In this document: piece by piece, positions 36,501 to 64,000 of the stretch
How positions within the stretch are numbered: position 1 is the first letter of the stretch
Layout of the letters: every line of letters starts with the position of its first letter
Assembly (NCBI GenBank): GCA_964270895.1
Contig: OZ185439.1
Strand: one strand, 5' to 3'
Origin: Podarcis filfolensis
Taxonomy: Eukaryota
Length of the DNA stretch: 64,000 nucleotides
Position numbers and translations under genes: made by a program
The notes under the pieces: model-generated
What the model saw: the letters and a program-made list of their open reading frames with translations, nothing else
Database searches by the model: none
Told to the model about the DNA's origin: nothing

Positions 36501-36736
36501 GCTTTGGACTCCCATAATCTTTCTCTTTATATATATATATATGTACAATAAAATCTCTTCTATGGCTTTCCTTTGAAATTAAGAGGAAATGTCCTAATAA
36601 CTTCAGAGGGGGGAAAGCTGGGAAGAAAATGCCCACAAACAGCAGAAAATTTCAAAGTAGAAGATGTAGAACAGCATATAAATCAATTGAAAGAGCCCAT
36701 CTTTAAAAACCAAGACGCACTTGGATAAAAGCAAAA
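33600..36736 (-). other. PAPSS2: PAPSS2 3' UTR (extent tentative)
   Basis: Follows the stop codon; minus-strand AATAAA candidates near 36225, 35335 and 33624; AT-rich terminal block at 33600-33900. Confidence 0.4.
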
Positions 36737-53994
<17,258 letters not shown>

Positions 53995-54534
53995 CTAAGC
54001 ACACAGAAACACACACAGATAACATGAAATGAAACCGTTTACGTCATGACTGACAGTAATGAAACAACCTGAGCGTATCATAGAGCAAAAATAATAAGAA
54101 GGAACACATGTTGCTGCGCAACCACAGGGCTATGAGGCTTTACAAAGGGGGAGGGGCTTGATCCTCAGGAATCTTCAGCCCTCTCAAGTGAGCTCTGGGA
54201 ACAGAGCCCCAACCCCCATGCTTGCAGAACGTACTTCTGTTCATACGAGACAGGACACTATGCACTGAACCATTCTGTGCTATATTCCATACTGTTTTGG
54301 AGCACCCCTCAATCCTCAGGAGCAGCTTTTGGGCTGGGGCGCAGGTGGCTGAGCAGGGCAGGGGGTTGGAATCAGTGAAAACCAGGTTCTCAGCCATGCA
54401 CAAGCAGAAGTCCTTTCAGTTAGCTTAAAGGTCACCATTGGACAACCCTCCCTTATCTCAATAAGTCTTACAACAATCCTGGAAGTCAACACGACCGCAT
54501 ATTTTGATTCTCATACTGCAGAATCAGGGACTAA

Positions 54535-54680
54535 GACTGCAGATACATTTAAAGCACATTTCCCCAAAGATTTCTGGGAACTGTAGTTTACAAAGCTACA
54601 TTTCCCGGCACCTTAAACTAAATTTCCCAAGATTTGATGTGGCAAGGTGTGTGGTTTAAATGTATGGTGTGTACACAGCC
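54535..54680. mobile_element. Short palindromic MITE related to 50468-50806
   Basis: ATACATTTAAAGCACA...TGTGGTTTAAATGTAT arms with internal TGGGAACTGTAGT. Confidence 0.6.
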
Positions 54681-56218
54681 TAAGAGTCACAGACAGAAGC
54701 TTCCTTATCACATTGAAGAGAGATTTGAAAGGAGGACTTTGTATATCGCACTCTTTGAATCTTCACTATAGCAGCTCCCAAAACTCTATAAAATTCCAAC
54801 TAAAATCCGTTTTTGTTTATCACCACGGAGTCCCAAGTAAGAAGCTTGTCTTTATAAACTCTAGAAACGTTCAAGGTTTGTTTAGCTCTGTACCCTGCTG
54901 GAATTATTTAGCTTGCAGGAAATACCAGCATGGGCCCAAACTCCCTTTTGACCTGTTCTTTCTTCGCCTTTTAGCTGAATCATTCTTAAAGAGACAAAAG
55001 TCCCTAGCAGCTGTGTTTTGTGCAGAATAAATCCACACTTATTCATCCCTCCCAACAAATCTTCTGTTGTTTTCAATATGCATAAGTTTCATATTATTAC
55101 AGTCAGGCAACCTTATGAACCTTTTTAAAAAATCAGATGGGTCGAAAGCAGTGTTCGAAACTCCCATTGTTTTAGGTGCATTTTGTGACAGGGAATTTCA
55201 TTAGCGCAAGCAGTTTCTGAGCTCTGGGTGCAGTACTGTGCCCAAGATTTCAGATTAAAACTGCAGAGTGGAAGGAAAGGAGGAGCTTTTTCTGCCTCCC
55301 CATTTCCAGCTACTCTCTGAAGACTGGAGAAGAGACCCTCTTAAGAATATTAGGGGGGTGGGCAGGAGAAGGACTAGATCATGTGAAAAATGAACATAAT
55401 ATTTTAGTTCATTCATTTTCAGCTTGGTATTCTTATTAAAAAAATGTGCCTAGACATTCCGTTGTTGCACCCATAACCTAAGCTTAAGATGCCATTTAGC
55501 TCCTAGCTTTCATATCTCAGTTTCCAACACTGGTTGAAAGTGGGCTATACAAAGTCTGATTGTCCACCACGACATACCGCCTTAATCCACAACCATTCAG
55601 AAACGTAAACAGCAACAACTAGAGTACAGCCAAAAATGTCGTCATCAAAACTCTCTGTATATATATCAGACGTTTGAGAATGATTCCTAGAAGAAGATTG
55701 CAACTCTATAATATAAACATAATGTTGCTATGCTTTTGTGCTACAAGTTGTAAGCAGAATATATCTGCACTGTTGGGGGAGAAATGTTTATTAAAATTTG
55801 ACAAACGCGGAAAGCTGTCTTTACCAGTACTGTACATATAACTGAAATCTATCTTTCTGATCTAAAAGAAATCACTGTTATTCATAGATCTTATCAATCT
55901 AATGCAAATATATTCTAGAGAAACATGTATATTTATAATGCCATTGAAGTCCCAAGTCTTTAAAGAGAGAGAGACAGTGTTGGTTTTTCACAACACATCT
56001 GCGTCCCAGATGAAGCAACCAATCTAGAAAGCATGAAGGAGCAGGCAAACTGCAGACTATCAACTATTCACCCACTTCCTAGGCTTCAAACTATAACACT
56101 GCTAACGTGCAAGGCAAGTGGGGTTGGGAACGCTGATACTTTTGAAAATGCTGTTTCAGCGACAAAAAAACCCCTCCAAATTAACATGCAACATGCTCGT
56201 ACCTACTACGGCATCCTA

Positions 56219-56599
56219 GGTAAAGGTAAAGGACCCCTGGACGGTTAAGTCCAGTCAAAGGCGACTATGGGATTGTGGCGCTCATCTCGCTTTCAGGCTG
56301 AGGGAGCCAGCGTTTGTCCACAGACAGCTTTCTAGGTCATGTGGCCAGCATGACTAAACCGCTTCTGGCGTAACGGAACACTGTGACAGAAACCAGAGTG
56401 CACAGAAACATCGTTTACCTTCCTGCCACAGCAGTACCTATTTATCTACTTGCACTGGTGTGCTTTTGAACTGCTGGGTCGGCAGGAGCTAGGACCGAGC
56501 AACGGGAGCTCACTCAGTTGTGGGGATTCGAACCGCCGACCTTCTGAAAGGCAAGCCCAAGAGGCTCACTGATTTAGACCACAGTGCAACCCGCGACCC
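56219..56599 (-). mobile_element. Sauria SINE (different subfamily)
   Basis: Reverse-complement head GGGTCGCGGGTTGCACTGTGG, B box GGTTCGAATCC, (ACCTTT)n tail; TSD GGCATCCTA (56210-56218 and 56603-56611). Confidence 0.9.
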
Positions 56600-56981
56600 A
56601 CTGGCATCCTACTGCGATACAGATTCCAAAGTAATAATAACATACAGTTTCTGTTCTTTGTCACTTTCAGCATTCACACTCCCAACCTAGCCAGAGTTGG
56701 TGCTGGGCACAAGTCCCAGCAGGGACAGAATTAGAGCCTGAGAGCATCTGCAGAAGAACCAAGGTGGAGCAAAGTTAGCTGAAACCAGCAAGACTGTTAT
56801 TAAGAGGCAAAGGGAACACCTGCTTCCCGTCAAAACTTGCTTGTGTTACTTACATAGTACCAGCAACAAGGGCAGAGTGCAGGTTCAGAGCCTCTCTAGA
56901 CCTCCCCCCTTACTGCGCATTCATGATGATTTGTGCTGCTGATGACATTGAGGGGGTTAAATGTGTCCTTGCTGTCCTTGT

Positions 56982-57244
56982 GAGAGCCAGTGTGGTGTAG
57001 TGGTTAAGAGCAGTAGACTCGTAATCTGGAGAACCGGGTTCATGTCTCTGCTCCTCCACATGCAGCTGCTGGGTGACCTTGGGCCAGTCACACTTCTTTG
57101 AAGTCTCTCAGCCCCACTCACCTCACAGAGTGTTTGTTGTGGGGGAGGAAGGGAAAGGAGAATGTTAGCCGCTTTGAGACTCCTTAAAGGGAGTGAAAGG
57201 CGGGATATCAAATCCAAACTCCTCCTCTTCTTCTTCTTCTTCTG
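56982..57244 (+). mobile_element. tRNA-derived SINE with MIR/CORE-like body and (CTT)n tail
   Basis: GCCAGTGTGGTGTAGTGGTTAAGAG A box, GGGTTCA B-box-like segment, GCTGGGTGACCTTGGGCCAGTCAC core. Confidence 0.85.
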
Positions 57245-58820
57245 TCGGTCCTGTTTGCAGCTGCAAGGGTTTGGGGCAGTCTTAGTGCTTTGTTTTCAAT
57301 CAGCGCGTGTCCCATAACTCAGAATAGGCCCCATAACTTCCTGATGGAATCCTTTGGTTTTTCTCCATAGCTGGGGTGTGTGGCACTAGTGGGGGGTTTT
57401 TGCCCAGGGTGAAGCTGCCCGAGGGGCACCATGAAGCTCCCAGCCTGTGCATGTGTGTGCAAATGCACATGGGAGGTGACAAAATGGGTCTTTGACCCGG
57501 GTGAAACAAAGCCTAGTTTTGCCCCTGCTTGAAATACATTTGGAAAAACCACAGGTAATCAGCCTTTGGAAGGGGGCAAGGACAGCAGGCGTGATCACTC
57601 CCTGCAACACAGAGAGAGAGAGCATACATTTTGAAACATTTTTTAAAAGAACAGCAGAAAGGAAACTATTTACCTGCGTCCCCAAGGAATGCGACAAAAA
57701 CGACTTTATCCTAGATGGAGCTGAATAGAATTAAGAGTCAGCAACTGGAGACTCCTGGGCCAAATCTGCCCCACTATAAGGCAAAACTTGCTCCCTCAAG
57801 TGCTGATGTAGGCCAGAAAATAATGTGAAATAAGGTGGGAACTGAACTTGCCAGCAGGCCCACTTAGGAAGCCAATGGAGCTGAGGAGATGGGCTATAAC
57901 TCCTCATTCAGTTCTTAAAGTGTTCTTCCAAGAAAGCTAGCTGACAGCCAGGGATCTAGGTTGAAGTTAAACTTTAAAGAATAAAGTTTAAATCAGAGCA
58001 GCTCGTTACAGTAGCAAGTCACTAACAGTTGTACACCTTGTACCTTTTGAGGTTTTTCAGGGAAATGGTGGACATACACATTCAGGGAATATTTTAGATA
58101 GCAGGGCATCCTCCCTCAGAATAGGCAGGCCCCTGAACAAGATGTTCCTTTAGGAACTCTACAGTTTGTGTACACGCTGTCCTCATTCACTCCAGCGTAG
58201 CGCATAATTGAGCAGGGTATTCCTGAGTCCAGCCTTAGTCCTCAGTGTCTCCAGTGCCAAAAAGGCTTCCTTGTAGCCTAAAAAGCAGCAGTCTGACATG
58301 GAGGTACAGAATCTCCTACATAAATACTCATTTATTCCATGGCCTCAGCTATAGTTACCTACCAGTGCCAGAGCAATTGCTCTTTCAGAATCTCATTTTT
58401 CATTCAGTGCTCTTTGAGCAAACTTGAGAGAAACCACTTTTGCCCACTGGTACAATCTTAGCACTTTGTTCCTGTTAATTTTGGCACTAGTACCCCAGTC
58501 TTTCGCCTCTACTGGGATATGTAACACAGAAGGTTTTTTTCTCCCAAGGAGATCCACAAAGACAACCTAGTTACCTCAAACAAGCAGCTATTCAGCTTGG
58601 AGACAGACAGACCAAAATGCCAAGGTCTCTGAACTGACAAAAAATTTCCTCCTCAGCTGCTAGCCCAACAATACTCTAGCTGTTAAGAAATCAAGCTTTC
58701 ATGTATCATTAAACATGAAATGCAGCACATAAAGTTCATTTTAATATACCTAGATCTTTCCGTCTGTGGAACTGCAAGTGCTGTTACACTGAGGCATAAT
58801 CAGAACCAATTAAGAATATA

Positions 58821-59061
58821 CAGTCGAACGCCTTGCAAGTCAAACATTTTGGCTCCCGAACACCACAAACCCGGAAGTGAATTTTCCAGTTTGCCAATAC
58901 TGTATTCTTTGGAACCTGAATGTCTGACGCAGGTTCCGCAGCTTCCAATTGGCAGCAGGAGCTTCCTGCAGCCAATCAGAAGCTGCGTCTTGGTTTCCGA
59001 ACGTTTTGGAAGTCGAACAGAGTTCCAGAATGGATTCCGTTCAACCTCCAAGGTGCGACTG
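58821..59061. mobile_element. Tc1/mariner-superfamily MITE
   Basis: TA-CAGTCGAAC...CCAAGGTGCGACTG-TA; same family as 36920-37169. Confidence 0.85.
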
Positions 59062-59502
59062 TATTTAGATAGGTGTTTATATGTCACTGTGTTTCTGTTC
59101 ACTAAATAAGTAATTATCCATACTTCAGGGACCCATCAGGAATATGCCACCCATTGAGGGGAAAGAAAGGAATCACAAAGCTGTGACAAAGTGAATATTT
59201 CATATTGGTTTTATTGATTTGGCTAAAACATTGCTAAAATATGACAAGGGGAAAGTGGCAGTTTCAAAATTTGTTACAAAGTGTGACAAACCTAATGGAT
59301 AGTCTTCCCAAAACAGAGAAAAACAGTATGTTTCAATCACATAGTCAAAAGAAATCCACACTGTTTTGTCCTCTGCAGCGATGAATCAGCAGTTTCATTA
59401 ATAAATTCAAAACTCATTTTGCATAGTAACATATAATAAAATACAACCTTTCCCCCCTTCTATTACTAATAAATTAAGGAAGCAATTTATAGTCATGGTA
59501 AA

Positions 59503-59926
59503 TGTAATGGTTCTAGGGGTTGCTCATGCGTAAGTTGCTGCCACTCCTGGCTAGGTTACCTGGTTGAACCCTTTCTGTCTGGACGGCCTTTCATTTCGTG
59601 GCTGTCTCAGTCGCTGGCAGAATCCGTCAGTGGGCGTTTCTTGAACTTCTTCCAGCAAAGAAGTTCTTTGACGCCAAGTCTCCTCCTACTCTCCCTGCGC
59701 GGAAGTCTTCTGCGCAGGGAGGGTGTGGGCAGCAGAGGACCCGTGCTCTCCCCGCTGGTCTCCGGTGAAGAGTCCTGGAGCCTCCTCTCCGATTCCCCCA
59801 TCTGCCCCCCTTCTCCACTGGTGTTGCGCTGATTTCCTTCCCCAGCAGATGGGCTGCCTCTCTCCCTACTGGGACCCTCTCCGGCATCCCTCTGGAGCCT
59901 CTAGCTCCGATGGCAGTTCCCTGACA
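59503..59926. mobile_element. Solo LTR (424 bp) in PAPSS2 intron 1
   Basis: TGT...ACA termini with a perfect 5-bp target duplication GTAAA (59498-59502 and 59927-59931); GC- and CpG-rich relative to the flanks. Orientation is not certain. Confidence 0.8.
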
Positions 59927-60069
59927 GTAAATTATAGCGAAATGAAGGAAGCAATAATCTTTCAACTGTAAATCGTCACTTTACAAGTGGAGATTTTTCA
60001 AGAGATCCTTAATCATTTGAGGTGGAGCGCAAATTTGTTCTGAAGTTCCACAAGCTAAAAGGGTGCAGC

Positions 60070-60190
60070 AGGGCTAACTAATACGGTGCCCTCCTTATGT
60101 TGTGGGACTACAACTCCCATCAATCCTGCCAACGTGGCCAATGGCCAAGGATTATGGGAGTTGTAGGCAGCATGTTGGCACAGGTGCAGT
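60070..60190. mobile_element. Short palindromic non-autonomous DNA element (hAT-type family)
   Basis: GGGACTACAACTCCCATCA...TTATGGGAGTTGTAGG inverted arms. Confidence 0.6.
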
Positions 60191-63100
60191 GACATTGGGA
60201 GAGGCACTCTGGCAAAATGGCGGAATGGGGCCATCTTGGGAAAAGCATAATGGCAACAAACCCCTGTGCCCTTTAAATCAATGGCCACAATCCCATGGAT
60301 GGCACAACTTTATACCAGCCCCAAACCTGGTGCAAGAAATCTCCCCCCCCCCCAATAAAGTCAACAGGAGGTTTTTTTAAAAAAAAACAACAAAGCAGTA
60401 CTCTGTCAACAGATCTGCTCACGTCACCATGGCAGAGCCTAGATTATAGTGTAACTCCACATACACCCTATGAAAACACATTACAACCAGTATGCAAGCC
60501 CCACAATGGTGAGACCACTTCTCTGATATTATGGCATGTGGCATGGAGCTGTATCTCTCTGGCCCCATCTTCTGCACAATTAGACCCTTGCACAGCAGAA
60601 CTCTGGTGATGGAAACCTGGAGAAAGGGCACTTCACACAAAAAAGGGATACCTTTGCACAAAACAGTCTGTCTTCAGAACACACCTGAGAACTTGAGCTC
60701 ACTGCTACACTTCTCTGCCTACAGCTCTAAAGCACCTCAGCTCGAGACTCCAGGTACAAATACGCCATACCAAACTCTACACCACTCCCAACAACTGGGG
60801 GTGCCAGGCAAGACTGTGTGTACTCTGCCCAGGGGGAGCTGCATGGGTGCTGCATTGTACAGGCTGTCCTTCCTCCCCTTTGCATGTTGGGCTCATAAAG
60901 CAGTGCTTGGAAGGCGCATAAGGGGGCTTCAGACCACTGTCTGAAGGGATGCTTGGGGTTTGGCAACAGCAGACTTGTTACGGGCTGAGTCTGTAGGGCT
61001 GATGAAACTGGGGCACTGCAGGATTGTCTTGCATGTTGTGTATATGGTGGTGCAGGGATGTGGGCTGGGGGCATATCCTTATCACATTGTGTTAGCTCTC
61101 TCAATGTGTGAGCAGCATTGGGTGTCATTGCTGGCACAGTTCTTGACTGGTCCATTGGCAGCGTTTCTAGGGATGCTGGGGAAAATGCCTGTCATTTTTA
61201 TGCCATTTTTGTATTTTCTAGCTGTATGGTTTTTCCATCCCCTCCCTGAGTATTCATGACAGCAGCAGTATAGCGCCAGTCCTAGTGAAATGTAAATATG
61301 TGTGCCCTTGGGTAAATGGGAATGTGTGCAATGCCCATTTTCCAACACAGGAAGGGCAACTGCACATAAATAAGATTTTAAAGCACACAAGAAAAACTTG
61401 CGAAACAGAATCTTTAAAGTTTGTAGAAGTTAACACACCATCCTGCTGCATTGTAAACACACAATACATATACTGTATATCACACTATTTTCCTCTCAAT
61501 GTTGAAATGAATTGATTATTTTGAGTCATTTCTGTAAACTGATGAAATTTGTGTAGAAGGCTTGAAAAGTAAGTTTTGCCAGACGCCTGTGAATTATTAC
61601 CCATGAGCTGGACAATACATCCAGAGTGACCCTGCTAGCCTGAGAGACCAGTGAAAACATTTAAGGTAGTGGAAGATGATACAGCAAATAAACAAGACAG
61701 AACACCAAAAGTTACACATGAAGTTCGTGCATTTTTATTTTATTTTTTAAAAGAGAATTGCAAAAATAAAAATCCAACTGCAATGTTGAAGTTGCTTTTG
61801 TTCACTGTGGCTGCTTTTGAGAACTGCCACCGAAGTTACTCTAAACACTGCTTTTAATTAAATGGACTCGAGTTGAAATGGCAGCTAGACAATAATGTCT
61901 GTTCATTAGTCCAGCAAATTGAAGGGTTCCACTTAGCATTAGTTCCACAATCTAGTGAAAAACTAGATCAACTGATTTCCGATCCTATGTTGTGACAATA
62001 ATATAGAGGGAAATCCAATGTTGCAGGAGCAAACCTGCTCATGCAATGGGATTTTCCCTTCTTCCACTTGCTCCTACAGTCCTCCCCCCCATCCCAAAAT
62101 GTGCTCTTAAGGGTTGGGGGACCCAATAGAGCAGTCCATGGGGGTTGATGGGACCTACAGGGAGGATTTTTTGACAGACCGTCTCTTATTTTCAAGTTAA
62201 TAAGCTACTCCAAGTAACCTTTAGGGTTCCTCAGTTTGACAGAATAATTACTTTCATGGTACTCTTTTAATGAAAGTGACTAGGTAAAAAAAAAGTTAAG
62301 CAAATATGAAACATAGGTGGAAAAGGTAGAATAAATCTCATAGCATACATTTTCCCCAAAGCAAAGTGAATGCAAGTTTCTACAAAACAATCAAAAGAGC
62401 CAACGCACATGAATAAAAATTGGGAAATGCACTTGAATGTTTTGTTCCTTCCAAGATCAGCCAGTGCCTGTGTATTAGTCTTTTTATATTGTATTAGACA
62501 CACTTTTCTTCCATTGTCATTTCCTTTAAAACACATGCAAAGATCACGCAATAGCCAAGGTCCTGGTTTTACAACAGCTTGCTGACCACTAAGGCCATCT
62601 CCCATTTTTTGTGTGAAGCCCTAGACAAGAAACAGTGGCTATTTCTCCATCCCTCAAGGAAAGAGTTTATCATCTGCACACTTCTCAATTCACTTCTTCC
62701 TGATCTTCTGAGCACAGGAACTGAAGAGGGTGGATAATTACGCCATAGCTATGGTTCAGCTTGATGAGCCCTTCAAACAACCATCGGCCCTGAACAACTG
62801 CCCTGCCTTTCCAAATGCCATTACCAGCCATATTCCTCAGGCAGAGCAAAAGTTTAACCCTAGACTACCTTATCCTAGCTTAAGTTCACATATAAAATCC
62901 TGTCTAAGCATCTACAACAGCAGGCAAAAAGGAGCTTTGTATTCAGAGTAAGGATGGGTTGCCTATGGCAAGCAACATGAAATTTGCACAACACAGGCAA
63001 ACTATAAGCATATCCAAATTGCTATGGAAGGATCCATAACACTGAAGGACAACCAAAGCTGAATCCTGAGCAAATTCGTCATATTTAGATCCCACTGGGC

Positions 63101-63911
63101 TTAAGTTGATAGTGACCAATTTTCCACAAATAATAAGCTCCAAGCGCATGTACTGTACTGTAGCAATGGAAGAGCAGGTTTAAAGAAAGTTCCTGTTTTA
63201 AGTTACTACCTCAAAGTTGTAGCAGGACATAGTATGTGGGCTTTCTAGACTTTGCATATATGTGAAAGTAGAAAATGCTTAGGTACTATTTCAGAGCACA
63301 CAACATACCTTAAGCAGCTGCCTTGCACCAAATCCAACTGTCACTCCATCTAGATCAATATTATCTACACTGCTCCATCAGACATCTTTCCCAGCCAGAC
63401 CCAAAGATGTGGAGGACCAAACCCGCAACCTTTTGTATGCAAATCACATGCTCCATATGGCCATTCCCCTCTCTTCTTCACTACCTTAAATGAACCTGGG
63501 ACTCAACTCAAGTCCCTTCTGTCCAAGGGGGAACCATAAAAGAACATTACCTTTGTTACTGCTGCACCGGTTCAAGATAAGCAAGATAATCTTCATCATC
63601 ATAGATCATAACACAATCATCTGTTAACTGCAAAGCTTATCTAAAACTGATAAACCCAAGATTAAAAACAGAATGTCTCCCACTTTTAAGGAGTCATATT
63701 GAAACATAGTTGTTCTCAAGTTAATGCAAGCTTCAAAACCATTCTGATGAACCAAAACATAGCTCCAGATAAGGTTGGGGAAATTTCATTCTTCTCCATT
63801 TTCCTGCTAAAAACATATGACCTCCAGCTCAAGAATTTTTATTTATTCATTTGTTAAATTTGTATACTGCCCTATAACCATAGATCTCAGGGAAGTTCAC
63901 AATAAGGAATC

Positions 63912-64000
63912 CCCTTGCCAACAAAGGTCCGTATAGTTAAAGCTATGGTTTTCCCAGCAGTGATGTATGGAAGTGAGAGCTGGACCATAAAGAAGGCTGA
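63912..64000 (+). mobile_element. Bov-B (RTE) LINE fragment running off the window edge
   Basis: Translates as PLPTKVRIVKAMVFPAVMYGSESWTIKKA, characteristic of Bov-B ORF2. Confidence 0.85.

Noticed and set aside
54000-64000. Canonical PAPSS2 exon 1 (MSGxKKQ-like)
   Set aside because: No CpG island or matching ATG-plus-donor segment was found; it most likely lies beyond the right edge.

Overview
Vertebrate genomic DNA from a squamate reptile, most likely a lacertid lizard (inferred from Sauria SINEs, Bov-B, CR1/L2 remnants and lizard-type MITEs). The window holds the conserved PTEN-ATAD1-PAPSS2 block. (1) The 5' leader and CpG-island promoter of PTEN lie on the minus strand at ~1-2200; the main PTEN ATG is beyond the left edge. 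(2) ATAD1 (Msp1/Thorase AAA+ ATPase) is complete on the plus strand: 9 coding exons, 17047-26189, 361 aa, with its own CpG island at ~13.0-13.6 kb. (3) PAPSS2 is on the minus strand: 11 coding exons, 53994-36737, 605 codons before the stop, with exon 1 not found in the window and one GC-AG intron. The rest is intronic or intergenic DNA rich in SINEs, MITEs, LINE fragments and solo LTRs. Almost all other ORFs in the six-frame track are spurious. I found no convincing new multi-gene system. The best leads are regulatory: the uORF layout of the PTEN leader, footprints of the human KLLN region without an ORF, a solo LTR in PAPSS2 intron 1 with a sense splice donor, and MITEs carrying ZNF143/THAP11-type motifs. 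All comparisons with human sequence are from memory and need an alignment to confirm.
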